24,550 nucleotides of DNA, taken from the IMG/VR virus record IMGVR_UViG_3300035135_001954, positions 1 to 24,550 of that record; one strand, written 5' to 3'. Shown here piece after piece: positions 15,686 to 23,849 of the stretch. Numbering within the stretch: the first letter of the stretch is position 1; each line of letters begins with the position of its first letter. The DNA comes from a virus. Taxonomy: Duplodnaviria > Caudoviricetes. Both the position numbers and the translations under genes were made by a program. The notes under the pieces are model-generated. The model was not told where the DNA came from and searched no databases. It saw nothing but the letters and a program-made list of their open reading frames with translations.

Positions 15686-16696
15686 ATGGCTTTGATTATT
15701 GACTACGTACGAACTCTGGTTCCAGTAAATTGGCGCAGTACGCCCAGTGGGTGGACACACGGAAATTGTCCTATGTGTGTAGTTAATGGTGAAAGCCGTC
15801 CTGATACAAAAGGACGAGGCGGTTTTAATTTCCAAGACGAAAAGTTTCAATACAATTGTTTTAACTGTGGATACACAACAGGTTGGAGCCCAGGTAAAAA
15901 ACTTAGCTTTCGTTTACGCAAACTTCTTGTACAATTTGGTGCTGATGAAAGTGATGTTCAACGACTACAACTTGAACTGATGCGTGAAGATGAAATGGCC
16001 GCTATATTATACAAGCAAACACAACGTAATAAGCCGGTTGTGATTGACTGGCCAACAATGAACTTGCCGGAAGGAGCAAAGCCATTGTGTGATTATACAC
16101 ACCCTGATGGTAAGTTCATTGAATTGGCTAATTACTTACACGAACGTGGTTTTGATATACAAGATCCAAGATTTATGTACACTACAGAAAAAATGCCTGC
16201 ACGTATGCACAATAGATTTATTATTCCGTTTACATACAAAGGCAATACTGTAGGCTATACTGCTCGTTGGATTGGAAATCCTCCTGCTGATATGCCCAAG
16301 TACTATAATAAACAACCTCCCAAAAACTTTTTGTATGGATTAGACAGACAGCAAGATAAAAAAACAGTTATTTTAACTGAAGGTATATTGGACGCTATTG
16401 TAACTGATGGTATTGCTATTGGCAGTAACAATATCAATGACGACCAAGCAAATATTGTTGACAGTTTGAATGCAAATGTTATACTGTTACCAGATGCAGA
16501 CAGTGCAGGTTTACGTGCAGTTAATACAGCTATTGAACGTGGATGGAGTGTGAGCTTTCCAGAATGGGAAGATTGCAAAGACGCAGCAGATGCACAGATT
16601 AAATATGGCAGACTGTTTACCGTCAACAGTATATTGGAAAGTGCTATTACTGGAGAAACAAAAATACGTGTAATGGCAAAAAGGTATTGTAAATGA
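15686..16696 (+). CDS. gp61: DNA primase (T4 gp61/DnaG-like)
   Basis: Zn-binding CPMC...CFNC, FIIPF..GYTAR, PKYYN, TOPRIM EGILDA, PDADSAG and KDAADA. Confidence 0.92.
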   Translation: MALIIDYVRTLVPVNWRSTPSGWTHGNCPMCVVNGESRPDTKGRGGFNFQDEKFQYNCFNCGYTTGWSPGKKLSFRLRKLLVQFGADESDVQRLQLELMREDEMAAILYKQTQRNKPVVIDWPTMNLPEGAKPLCDYTHPDGKFIELANYLHERGFDIQDPRFMYTTEKMPARMHNRFIIPFTYKGNTVGYTARWIGNPPADMPKYYNKQPPKNFLYGLDRQQDKKTVILTEGILDAIVTDGIAIGSNNINDDQANIVDSLNANVILLPDADSAGLRAVNTAIERGWSVSFPEWEDCKDAADAQIKYGRLFTVNSILESAITGETKIRVMAKRYCK

Positions 16697-17454
16697 TAGA
16701 AAAATTTAAAGAACAAAGATTAGCTGATAGAGGGTTTTATCCATTTTACGAAACTCTACTCAACCACATAAACAGCATGTTTATGGTAAATCGTGTTATG
16801 GAAATTGGTGTAGGTGGTGGATTTAAAATAACTAAATGGGCACAAATTTTCCCCAATGCTGGTGTAGTAGGACTTGACGATTTTGATATATGGATGGATG
16901 AAAACAGCGAAAAGTTCAAGGATTATCCCAGAGACGAAGTTGATGATGCACTGAAATTTTATCGAACAATTTATGAGCTCTGCAACAAAAATGCAGCTTA
17001 TTGGGCGGACGTGTGGCAAAACATTACACTTCACAGAGATATTGACGGATATTGTCCTTCAGCAGTAAACATTGTAATGAAAGAAGATGATAGATTATTT
17101 GATATAATAGTTGATGACGGAGCCTGTGAATCATTGTTTAATCGTCATGTATGGGATGTATGGAAAGATAGCCTACAAACACACGGTATTTTTGTAAATG
17201 AAACACCCAGTGGAAACGGAACACCATCATACATGTCAATGACAAAAGCTGAACATATGGAAATTTTTAATTTTTTAGCTGAAGAATATGGCCAAGTTGT
17301 ATTTGGTTTTAGACAATATGCAAACTTGGAACACGAGGACAAAAACATGTCACACAGTAACTATTTGTCTATTAGATGCCATGATTATAGATTATACATG
17401 CCAGTGATTGAAAAGTTTAAACATTGCATTATTGCAGGAGAACAAAACTTATGA
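16693..17454 (+). CDS. Class I SAM-dependent methyltransferase-like protein (253 aa)
   Basis: Motif I VMEIGVGGG, VVGLD, FDIIVDDG, GIFVNE. ATGA coupling to the primase. Confidence 0.75.
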   Translation: MIEKFKEQRLADRGFYPFYETLLNHINSMFMVNRVMEIGVGGGFKITKWAQIFPNAGVVGLDDFDIWMDENSEKFKDYPRDEVDDALKFYRTIYELCNKNAAYWADVWQNITLHRDIDGYCPSAVNIVMKEDDRLFDIIVDDGACESLFNRHVWDVWKDSLQTHGIFVNETPSGNGTPSYMSMTKAEHMEIFNFLAEEYGQVVFGFRQYANLEHEDKNMSHSNYLSIRCHDYRLYMPVIEKFKHCIIAGEQNL

Positions 17455-18239
17455 GTGCTAAACGTGCATTAATTGTTGGAACAAGTCACAGTCAAGGAAC
17501 TTGTCATAATAATAATGCTCCAAGCATATCAGTACTACCAGGACGTTGGCATGACTACTTAAAAACAGACCATGATTACGAGGTTGTAAATATAAGTCGT
17601 GCAAACTGTACAACACAACAACAGTTATTAGCAGTTCTAGGTTATTTTGCAGATAATCCAGACGAAAAATTTGATTTGTGCATAGTAGAAGGAAGAAATT
17701 TAGAAGCTACCGTTAGTCAGCCAATACCTGAGGCCAAAAATTACTTTACTAATATACAAGGAACAAATGTTGAAAATCAATACTATTTTTGGCTAGATGA
17801 TTTCCACAGAAAAACTGATGGTAAAAAATTTATACAACAAATAGGCGTAATGAATGCTTATGATGAAACACGAATGCCTGATTATATGCCTTACTATGTT
17901 GATTATACATACAGCTATCAACATGCAATTGATACTTGGAGTTGTAATTTGGCTTTGTGTGAATTTTTAAATAGATATTGCAATGTTGTACGTTGGCATA
18001 CACATAGTATAAGTAAATCTATAGATAATCCAGATTTAGATATACATAAAATAGGATGGGCATTAATGGAACCCTATTGTGAAAATTTTGGTGCTATGCA
18101 TTACATTGGCTTTTTACCAGAAACAAATGGACTTTTTAAAAAACCTGAAGATTATTGTGATTGTGGGCATTTTAATGAAAAAGGTCATCGTAAATTATGG
18201 TATAATGTGTTATACCCAATGTATAAAGAATATGTTTAA
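17451..18239 (+). CDS. SGNH/GDSL hydrolase-like protein (262 aa)
   Basis: Start at ATG 17451 (AGGAG RBS, ATGA overlap). Block I-like LIVGTSHSQG and block V-like CDCGHFNEKGH. Confidence 0.65.
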   Translation: MSAKRALIVGTSHSQGTCHNNNAPSISVLPGRWHDYLKTDHDYEVVNISRANCTTQQQLLAVLGYFADNPDEKFDLCIVEGRNLEATVSQPIPEAKNYFTNIQGTNVENQYYFWLDDFHRKTDGKKFIQQIGVMNAYDETRMPDYMPYYVDYTYSYQHAIDTWSCNLALCEFLNRYCNVVRWHTHSISKSIDNPDLDIHKIGWALMEPYCENFGAMHYIGFLPETNGLFKKPEDYCDCGHFNEKGHRKLWYNVLYPMYKEYV

Positions 18240-18248
18240 GGAAAAGAT

Positions 18249-19652
18249 ATGAGTGAACAAAAAGAATACACACAAGAATTACAAAAACTGTTTATTGAGT
18301 TTTTAGCACAAGACAAAGATTTGTTTGTGAGAATAAATGGTATCTTGGATAGTGAATTTTTTGACAGAAGTTTGCGTAAAACTGTAAACTTTATTCAAGA
18401 GCATGCTGCAAACTATGGAGCCCAGCCTACACTAGAACAAATTCGTGCAACAACTGGGCTTGAGTTGCAAGGCTTGGGAGACAGTGTTGATGCTAGACAC
18501 AAGGACTGGTTTATTGATGAGTTTGAACAGTTTTGTAAACACAAAGCATTGGAACGTGCTATCCTTAAAAGTGCAGACTTGTTGGAAAAAGGTGAGTTTG
18601 GTAGTGTAGAGAAAATGGTTAAAGACGCAGTACAGCTTGGACTTGCAAAACATATGGGCACAGATTATTGGGAATCGCCTGCAGAGCGTATTGAACGAGT
18701 ACGTAATCAGCGTGGAGGTACAAGCACAGGCTGGCGTGATATTGATGCAAAACTATATGGAGGCTTTAATCGCGGAGAGCTAAACATTTTTGCAGCGGCA
18801 AGTGGAGGCGGTAAGAGTTTGTTTTTGCAAAACTTGGCACTAAATTGGAGTTTAGCTGGACACAATGTACTATATGTAAGTTTGGAACTTAGTGAAGAAC
18901 TATGTAGTATGCGACTTGACAGTATGTTAACTGGACTTAACACAAAGCAAGTGTTTAAAAATGTAGACGATGTTGACTTAAAAGTACGTATGTTGGGCAA
19001 AAAAGCAGGCAGTTTGCAAATTGTACAATTGCCCAATGGTATTACATGTAATGACTTAACAAGCTATATGCGTGAGTATGAAGTTAAAACTGGAATTAAA
19101 GTAGATTGTATGTTGTTGGATTACTTGGACTTGATGATGCCAGCACAACGCAAAGTGCCTCCCAGTGACTTGTTTATTAAAGACAAGTTTGTAAGTGAAG
19201 AATTGCGTAACTTTGCTATTGAGCATGATTTGTTGTTTGCAACAGCATCGCAGTTGAATCGTAGTGCAGTTGAAGAAATTGAATTTGACCACAGTCATAT
19301 TAGTGGTGGTATTAGTAAAGTACAAACTGCTGACAACTTGATTGGTATTTTTACAAGTCAGGCAATGCGTGAGCGTGGTAGATATCAAATACAGTTTATG
19401 AAAACACGTAGTAGTAGTGGTGTTGGCAGCAAGGTAGACTTGGAATTTGACAGGGATGGATTGCGTATTAGTGATTTAGATGATGATGCAACTGACGGAG
19501 GTGCTGATGATGCTGTGGTAAGCAGCATTTATGACAAACTTAAAAAGAAAAGCGAACTAAGTCCTGGAAAGAATGTGGCTGAAAATGCAGTTGTTGAACG
19601 GGCAGTTGACAACACTGACAAATTAAGAAGTATATTAAAAAAGCAAGATTAG
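18249..19652 (+). CDS. gp41: Replicative DNA helicase (DnaB/T4 gp41-like)
   Basis: STGW..ID..LYGG, Walker A AASGGGKS, YVSLEL, LDYLD, ASQLNR, MKTR. Confidence 0.95.
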   Translation: MSEQKEYTQELQKLFIEFLAQDKDLFVRINGILDSEFFDRSLRKTVNFIQEHAANYGAQPTLEQIRATTGLELQGLGDSVDARHKDWFIDEFEQFCKHKALERAILKSADLLEKGEFGSVEKMVKDAVQLGLAKHMGTDYWESPAERIERVRNQRGGTSTGWRDIDAKLYGGFNRGELNIFAAASGGGKSLFLQNLALNWSLAGHNVLYVSLELSEELCSMRLDSMLTGLNTKQVFKNVDDVDLKVRMLGKKAGSLQIVQLPNGITCNDLTSYMREYEVKTGIKVDCMLLDYLDLMMPAQRKVPPSDLFIKDKFVSEELRNFAIEHDLLFATASQLNRSAVEEIEFDHSHISGGISKVQTADNLIGIFTSQAMRERGRYQIQFMKTRSSSGVGSKVDLEFDRDGLRISDLDDDATDGGADDAVVSSIYDKLKKKSELSPGKNVAENAVVERAVDNTDKLRSILKKQD

Positions 19653-19666
19653 CATAAATACTATTA
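19652..19666 (+). promoter_or_regulatory. Putative late promoter
   Basis: GCATAAATACTATTA, identical to 1338-1352. GGAG RBS precedes the ATG at 19688. Confidence 0.75.
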
Positions 19667-19687
19667 ATAATAACGGAGTCTTATAAT

Positions 19688-19936
19688 ATGAAAAAGAGAA
19701 CTAAATCTCTATTAGAAGAAATTAATAGTATTAGACCGGCTAAAGACAGCAATCAGTTGTTGGAAAGCCGCGGTTCAAATGCTATTAGTGGTATTATTAA
19801 TCTATTAGAAATGATTGATGACAGCTATGACTCTGAAACAGCGCAGGATTTAACAAAAAGAGTCATGCTTAGTATTAAAAACCGTGACCAAGATAGATTT
19901 ATGCGAGGAATTAAAAAACTGAGAAGCAAAAAGTGA
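19688..19936 (+). CDS. Hypothetical late protein (82 aa)
   Basis: Late promoter and RBS. GTGA overlap with the next gene. Confidence 0.75.
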   Translation: MKKRTKSLLEEINSIRPAKDSNQLLESRGSNAISGIINLLEMIDDSYDSETAQDLTKRVMLSIKNRDQDRFMRGIKKLRSKK

Positions 19937-21129
19937 AAATTAAAGATATTATAGGCGGCACAAAAAAGCGCAGACATAGAGATCCAAGGAAGCGTAGATT
20001 AAAACAACGCAGCCTTTTTTCTATCAGTGGTAGTGAACTAAATGAATCAAAAGGTCGTGACATCAATCACATTGAAGACCTACTGTTATTTTATGGTAAA
20101 GAAGGCGGTCAACGTGCTATTAATGCACTACGCAGTCTTGAAAACTCTCCAGGTGAAACTACTATCAAGTGGGATGGATCACCAGCAGTTATTTTTGGTC
20201 GCAATGAACAAGGTGAATTTGTATTAACTGATAAAAGCGGTTTTGGTGCCAAAGGATATGACGGCAAAGTAACAAGTCCTCAAGAACTGGAAAAAATGTT
20301 TTTGTCACGTAAACTAAAAGACCCAAGTAAAGCACAGGAACGCAAAGACTTTGCAGCACGTATGGCTAGTTTATGGGGAGCATTTGAAAATGCAACACCA
20401 CAAGACTTCCGTGGATACATTCACGGTGACTTAATGTATAGTGAAACACCAGCAACAAAAGACGGCAAGCTGGTATTTCAACCAAATACAACAATGTATG
20501 CAGTAAATCCAAGAAGTGATATTGGACAAAAAATTGCAAACTCAAGTGTTGGTGTTGTTGTACATGTACAAATTGATTTAGAAGGCAACAAATCTAAACC
20601 AGATACAACTAATTTTCAAGCAGGAGAACTACTAATACTTCCTCCTGTTAGTCCAAATGCAGCACCTGAAGTTGCAAAATACAGCAAGCAACTACAACAG
20701 TTAGAACAATCAATATCATCAAAAAGCACAGGTATTGAAACATTAATTAATCCTCCTGCTGAATTAAAAATGTCAGACTTTCAAAACATGTTGTACACAT
20801 ATGTAAACAACACAGTTAAGACTGGAGAAAAACCAGGCGCAGGTTTTCTAAACTGGGTAGTTGAAAATGATAAAATCAGCGGTGTTAAAAAGCAGCGTGT
20901 GGTTGATTGGGTGCAACAAAACAAGCAAGGCTTTAAAGACTTATGGGATATCTTTAACGCTATCAGTAACATCAAAGACAATATGGTTACACATTTAGAT
21001 GACCAACCAGCAGACATTGAAGCCTACACAGGAGGACAACGTGGTGGTGAAGGATATGTTGTTGGTAAAGATATGAAGCTGGTAAAGCGTAGCGGATTTA
21101 CAGCGGCAAACTTTTCGAGGGAAAGATAA
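19933..21129 (+). CDS. DUF6267-like protein with ATP-dependent ligase/nucleotidyltransferase-type motifs (398 aa)
   Basis: GTG start. HIEDL, TIKWDGSPA (motif I KxDG), HGDLMY (motif III-like), GEGYVV (motif IV), MKLVKR (motif V-like). Confidence 0.65.
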   Translation: MKIKDIIGGTKKRRHRDPRKRRLKQRSLFSISGSELNESKGRDINHIEDLLLFYGKEGGQRAINALRSLENSPGETTIKWDGSPAVIFGRNEQGEFVLTDKSGFGAKGYDGKVTSPQELEKMFLSRKLKDPSKAQERKDFAARMASLWGAFENATPQDFRGYIHGDLMYSETPATKDGKLVFQPNTTMYAVNPRSDIGQKIANSSVGVVVHVQIDLEGNKSKPDTTNFQAGELLILPPVSPNAAPEVAKYSKQLQQLEQSISSKSTGIETLINPPAELKMSDFQNMLYTYVNNTVKTGEKPGAGFLNWVVENDKISGVKKQRVVDWVQQNKQGFKDLWDIFNAISNIKDNMVTHLDDQPADIEAYTGGQRGGEGYVVGKDMKLVKRSGFTAANFSRER

Positions 21130-21326
21130 TGTTAAGCAAACAATGTAAATTACATTTAGAGGAAGCAAACATGACACGTTGGCAGCATTTTAAGCATGCA
21201 ATGTGGGTTTCATGGCAGCTGGAAAAAGCAGCATATGCAGTATTTTTACATGCATTTGCTCCACGCTGGTTTAAAACTTATGCAACAGATCAATGTAAGC
21301 GAGTTTTAGAGGAATCAAAAAAATGA
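21129..21326 (+). CDS. DUF6356-like small protein (65 aa)
   Basis: H-L..-T..QH..A...HAFAP.WF pattern recalled from DUF6356. TAATG and ATGA coupling on the two sides. Confidence 0.6.
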   Translation: MLSKQCKLHLEEANMTRWQHFKHAMWVSWQLEKAAYAVFLHAFAPRWFKTYATDQCKRVLEESKK

Positions 21327-22078
21327 CTGACAAGTATACGGCAGCTGAATGGGCATTGTTGGAAGGCGGACATGAATTTGAGCCAGAGAAAAAAGGTTTG
21401 AGCTTTATGCAAGAGCTTGGCGAAGCACGTATGTTTAAAACACGTGACCAGATTCAAAAGCAAGGCAGTCAAAAACTTACAAATCATTTATTTGCTAATT
21501 TGTTAAGTCTTTATGTGATGAGTCAAGACTACAATTATGCACCAGTTGCAGCACAGTATGCAAGAAAAACAACAGCAATGGGAAGTTTTAACAGACCAAG
21601 TCCAAGCGGAACAGACTTATTTCAAACAGTACACAGCTTAAAAAGACCAGAATATTTCAAAGGTAATGCTAAAGATGATATTCAAATGTCTAATATCAAT
21701 GTTAATGATGCACAAATTAAAAGATTCCTAAACAAAATTAAAAGCGGTAAAGTAAGCGCAAACGAAGCAGCACCGTTTTTTATGAAAATGGAAAGAGATC
21801 TAAAAATTGACGATCCAAAATTACGTGCTACTAGAAGATTGGCAACTGACTGGGATAGACTAAACACAGCACAGCGTCAACTTGCAGGCAACCACTTGAA
21901 TAAATATTTTAGAACACAAGCAAACCGCAGTGATATGATGCCACTATTTGGGCAGTTTGCAAAAGATAACAACCTAAACATTGGCCCAAGTAGAAGTAAA
22001 CAAATTGCAAAACAAGTTGCACGTAAAGGCGCAGCGTTTGCAGCAGGATATATGATCGGTAAAAATTTAGAAGTTTAA
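21323..22078 (+). CDS. Hypothetical protein, probably virion-associated (251 aa)
   Basis: Coupled gene in the late block. The N-terminal segment ends in ELGEAR and the remainder is basic. Confidence 0.7.
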   Translation: MTDKYTAAEWALLEGGHEFEPEKKGLSFMQELGEARMFKTRDQIQKQGSQKLTNHLFANLLSLYVMSQDYNYAPVAAQYARKTTAMGSFNRPSPSGTDLFQTVHSLKRPEYFKGNAKDDIQMSNINVNDAQIKRFLNKIKSGKVSANEAAPFFMKMERDLKIDDPKLRATRRLATDWDRLNTAQRQLAGNHLNKYFRTQANRSDMMPLFGQFAKDNNLNIGPSRSKQIAKQVARKGAAFAAGYMIGKNLEV

Positions 22079-22467
22079 TGAAACCACAACGTTATGAAAT
22101 TCACACGTTGGTAGATATAACTAATACACAAGATAATAACCCCAAAGGCAACAGTGTAAGTTATCGCCAAATGCAAAATTTGAATACCATACTCCAAGTA
22201 CTGGGTATAAGAGCACAACCACTTCATCCGCAAGTGGTTAAAAATTCTACAACTGAATATTTCAGCAATCAAGATAGTTGGACACTCAGTTTTAGTTGTG
22301 ATATAACAGACGCTTGGTCCAACGGAGACAACAAGACATATTTTATACAGTCTGACATACACAATACACCAGTGTTTACAGACTTAGATGAAACTGCAAC
22401 TTTACTGCCAGCGTGTTTTGTTACCACTGGTGACAACATTAACACGTATATAATGTTTTTGGACTAA
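22078..22467 (+). CDS. Hypothetical protein (129 aa)
   Basis: TAATG coupling. TLVDITNT..Q.QNLNTILQVLGIRAQP..LDETA looks like a conserved phage family. Confidence 0.75.
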   Translation: MKPQRYEIHTLVDITNTQDNNPKGNSVSYRQMQNLNTILQVLGIRAQPLHPQVVKNSTTEYFSNQDSWTLSFSCDITDAWSNGDNKTYFIQSDIHNTPVFTDLDETATLLPACFVTTGDNINTYIMFLD

Positions 22468-22470
22468 AAC

Positions 22471-22479
22471 GATAAATAC
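22471..22479 (+). promoter_or_regulatory. Putative late promoter GATAAATAC
   Basis: TAAATA at 22473-22478 in the intergenic region. Confidence 0.75.
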
Positions 22480-22539
22480 TAATACTAGCGAAGACGTTAG
22501 TGTGAAAATCAGCTCTCTAAGAGACTAAGGTACTAAAAA

Positions 22540-22824
22540 ATGGCAATGCAACAGTCAAGACTAGAGCGTGAAAATCTGGAAGCACACGTAGATTTATGTG
22601 CAGAAAGGTATCGCGTATTGGAAGAAAAATTTAATAGACTTGAATCGAAAGTAGATGGCATTGCAGACTCAATGCAAAAATTAACTGAAAAGCAGGCTAC
22701 AGACAAAGCAGCAGGAAACAAATTGGTTATTGGCGCAGCGGCGACAGTTATTGCCGGTTTACTTTCAACTATAGTACTATTGTTACTAAACTTACAAAAT
22801 GTAACACCATTAGTAGGACAATAA
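22540..22824 (+). CDS. Coiled-coil protein with one C-terminal transmembrane helix (94 aa), possibly holin/XhlA-like
   Basis: LEAHVDLCAERY..LEEKFNRLESKVD heptads, then LVIGAAATVIAGLLSTIVLLLL. Confidence 0.6.
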   Translation: MAMQQSRLERENLEAHVDLCAERYRVLEEKFNRLESKVDGIADSMQKLTEKQATDKAAGNKLVIGAAATVIAGLLSTIVLLLLNLQNVTPLVGQ

Positions 22825-22827
22825 AAA

Positions 22828-23118
22828 ATGAAGTTTTTGAGCGAAGCATATAATACAGTAGTAACAGAAGCAAAGGTAGTTTTTGCAAAGCGTGGAAACG
22901 CTGTGACAAAAAAGTTTCGTTGCACTGTTGGTAAACGTAAAGGTCGTGTAGTAAGCAGCCCACAACAATGTGTTGCACCTATTGATCTTAAAAAACGTTT
23001 TGTTATGAAACGCACGAAAGCCTCAAAAGGGTCTCGTATGATTAAAAAAGCACAACGTACTAAGAAAACAAGTGCAGCAAGTAAAATTGTAGCACGTTTA
23101 AATAAATCACGTAGATAA
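22828..23118 (+). CDS. Very basic small protein (96 aa), probably nucleic-acid binding or an internal virion protein
   Basis: About 29 K/R versus 3 D/E. KFRCTVGKRKGRVV..C motif. Confidence 0.7.
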   Translation: MKFLSEAYNTVVTEAKVVFAKRGNAVTKKFRCTVGKRKGRVVSSPQQCVAPIDLKKRFVMKRTKASKGSRMIKKAQRTKKTSAASKIVARLNKSRR

Positions 23119-23843
23119 TGTCAAAAATCCTTATTCTTGGGACCAGTCATGCAGACGGGCAGTGCCGTCGTCCACCACAAACTCATCTTGATAGAAAAGA
23201 CATCTGGTGCCATCATTTAGCAAAAAAATTTAATTGTGACTATGACTTGGCAGCAATTGGGGGAACAGAAAACTGGCAACTTACACAAGAATTAATATCT
23301 AGAAAAGATCAACAATATAAATTTATTTTAGCAGAAGTTAGATTATCTAGTTTTCTTATGCCTATGCCATATGATGAAATACAAGATGAATTAATAGAAG
23401 AACTATCAATAGATAACATACAAGGCGTTATAGGAAATGCTATTCGTTATCAAGAACAAGCAAAAAAGTTTAAAAATAGTCAAGCAGTAAACACATTATT
23501 TGATGCATATCAAATATACCACAGTAGTGTAACAAGTTATTATAGAAGTGTTACAGAAATAAACACAATGTATAATATTGCAAAGTTAATGAACACTGAT
23601 TTTTACTGGACAGTGTTTAGTGAAACAACTGTAAATCAAGATAATCCAGTAAATCAACAATTTAAAAAAGTAACTAATGAAAAATTTAAAGAATTATTTA
23701 ATAAACGAGTGCCTAGACAAAGTATAAAAGATAAACTTGGTGTAGGTTGGAACGATAGTAGTTGTGAATGTGGACACTTTGATGAAACTCATCAAGAGCA
23801 AATTGCAGAGCTTTTGTATAAATACATAAAAGAACAAGGATAA
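23118..23843 (+). CDS. SGNH/GDSL hydrolase-like protein (241 aa), paralog of 17451-18239
   Basis: ILILGTSHADGQC, AIGG and CECGHFDETH. TAATG coupling. Confidence 0.65.
   Translation: MSKILILGTSHADGQCRRPPQTHLDRKDIWCHHLAKKFNCDYDLAAIGGTENWQLTQELISRKDQQYKFILAEVRLSSFLMPMPYDEIQDELIEELSIDNIQGVIGNAIRYQEQAKKFKNSQAVNTLFDAYQIYHSSVTSYYRSVTEINTMYNIAKLMNTDFYWTVFSETTVNQDNPVNQQFKKVTNEKFKELFNKRVPRQSIKDKLGVGWNDSSCECGHFDETHQEQIAELLYKYIKEQG
23817..23824 (+). promoter_or_regulatory. Late promoter with the exact T4 consensus TATAAATA, inside the upstream gene end
   Basis: TATAAATAC about 25 nt upstream of the ATG at 23850, with an AAGGA RBS. Confidence 0.65.
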
Positions 23844-23849
23844 ATCGTT

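Noticed and set aside
9010-17450. Longest-ORF starts at 9010, 12331, 13142, 13828 and 17424
   Set aside because: Downstream ATGs at 9028, 12361, 13190, 13852 and 17451 fit promoter position, RBS, ATGA coupling or paralog alignment better.
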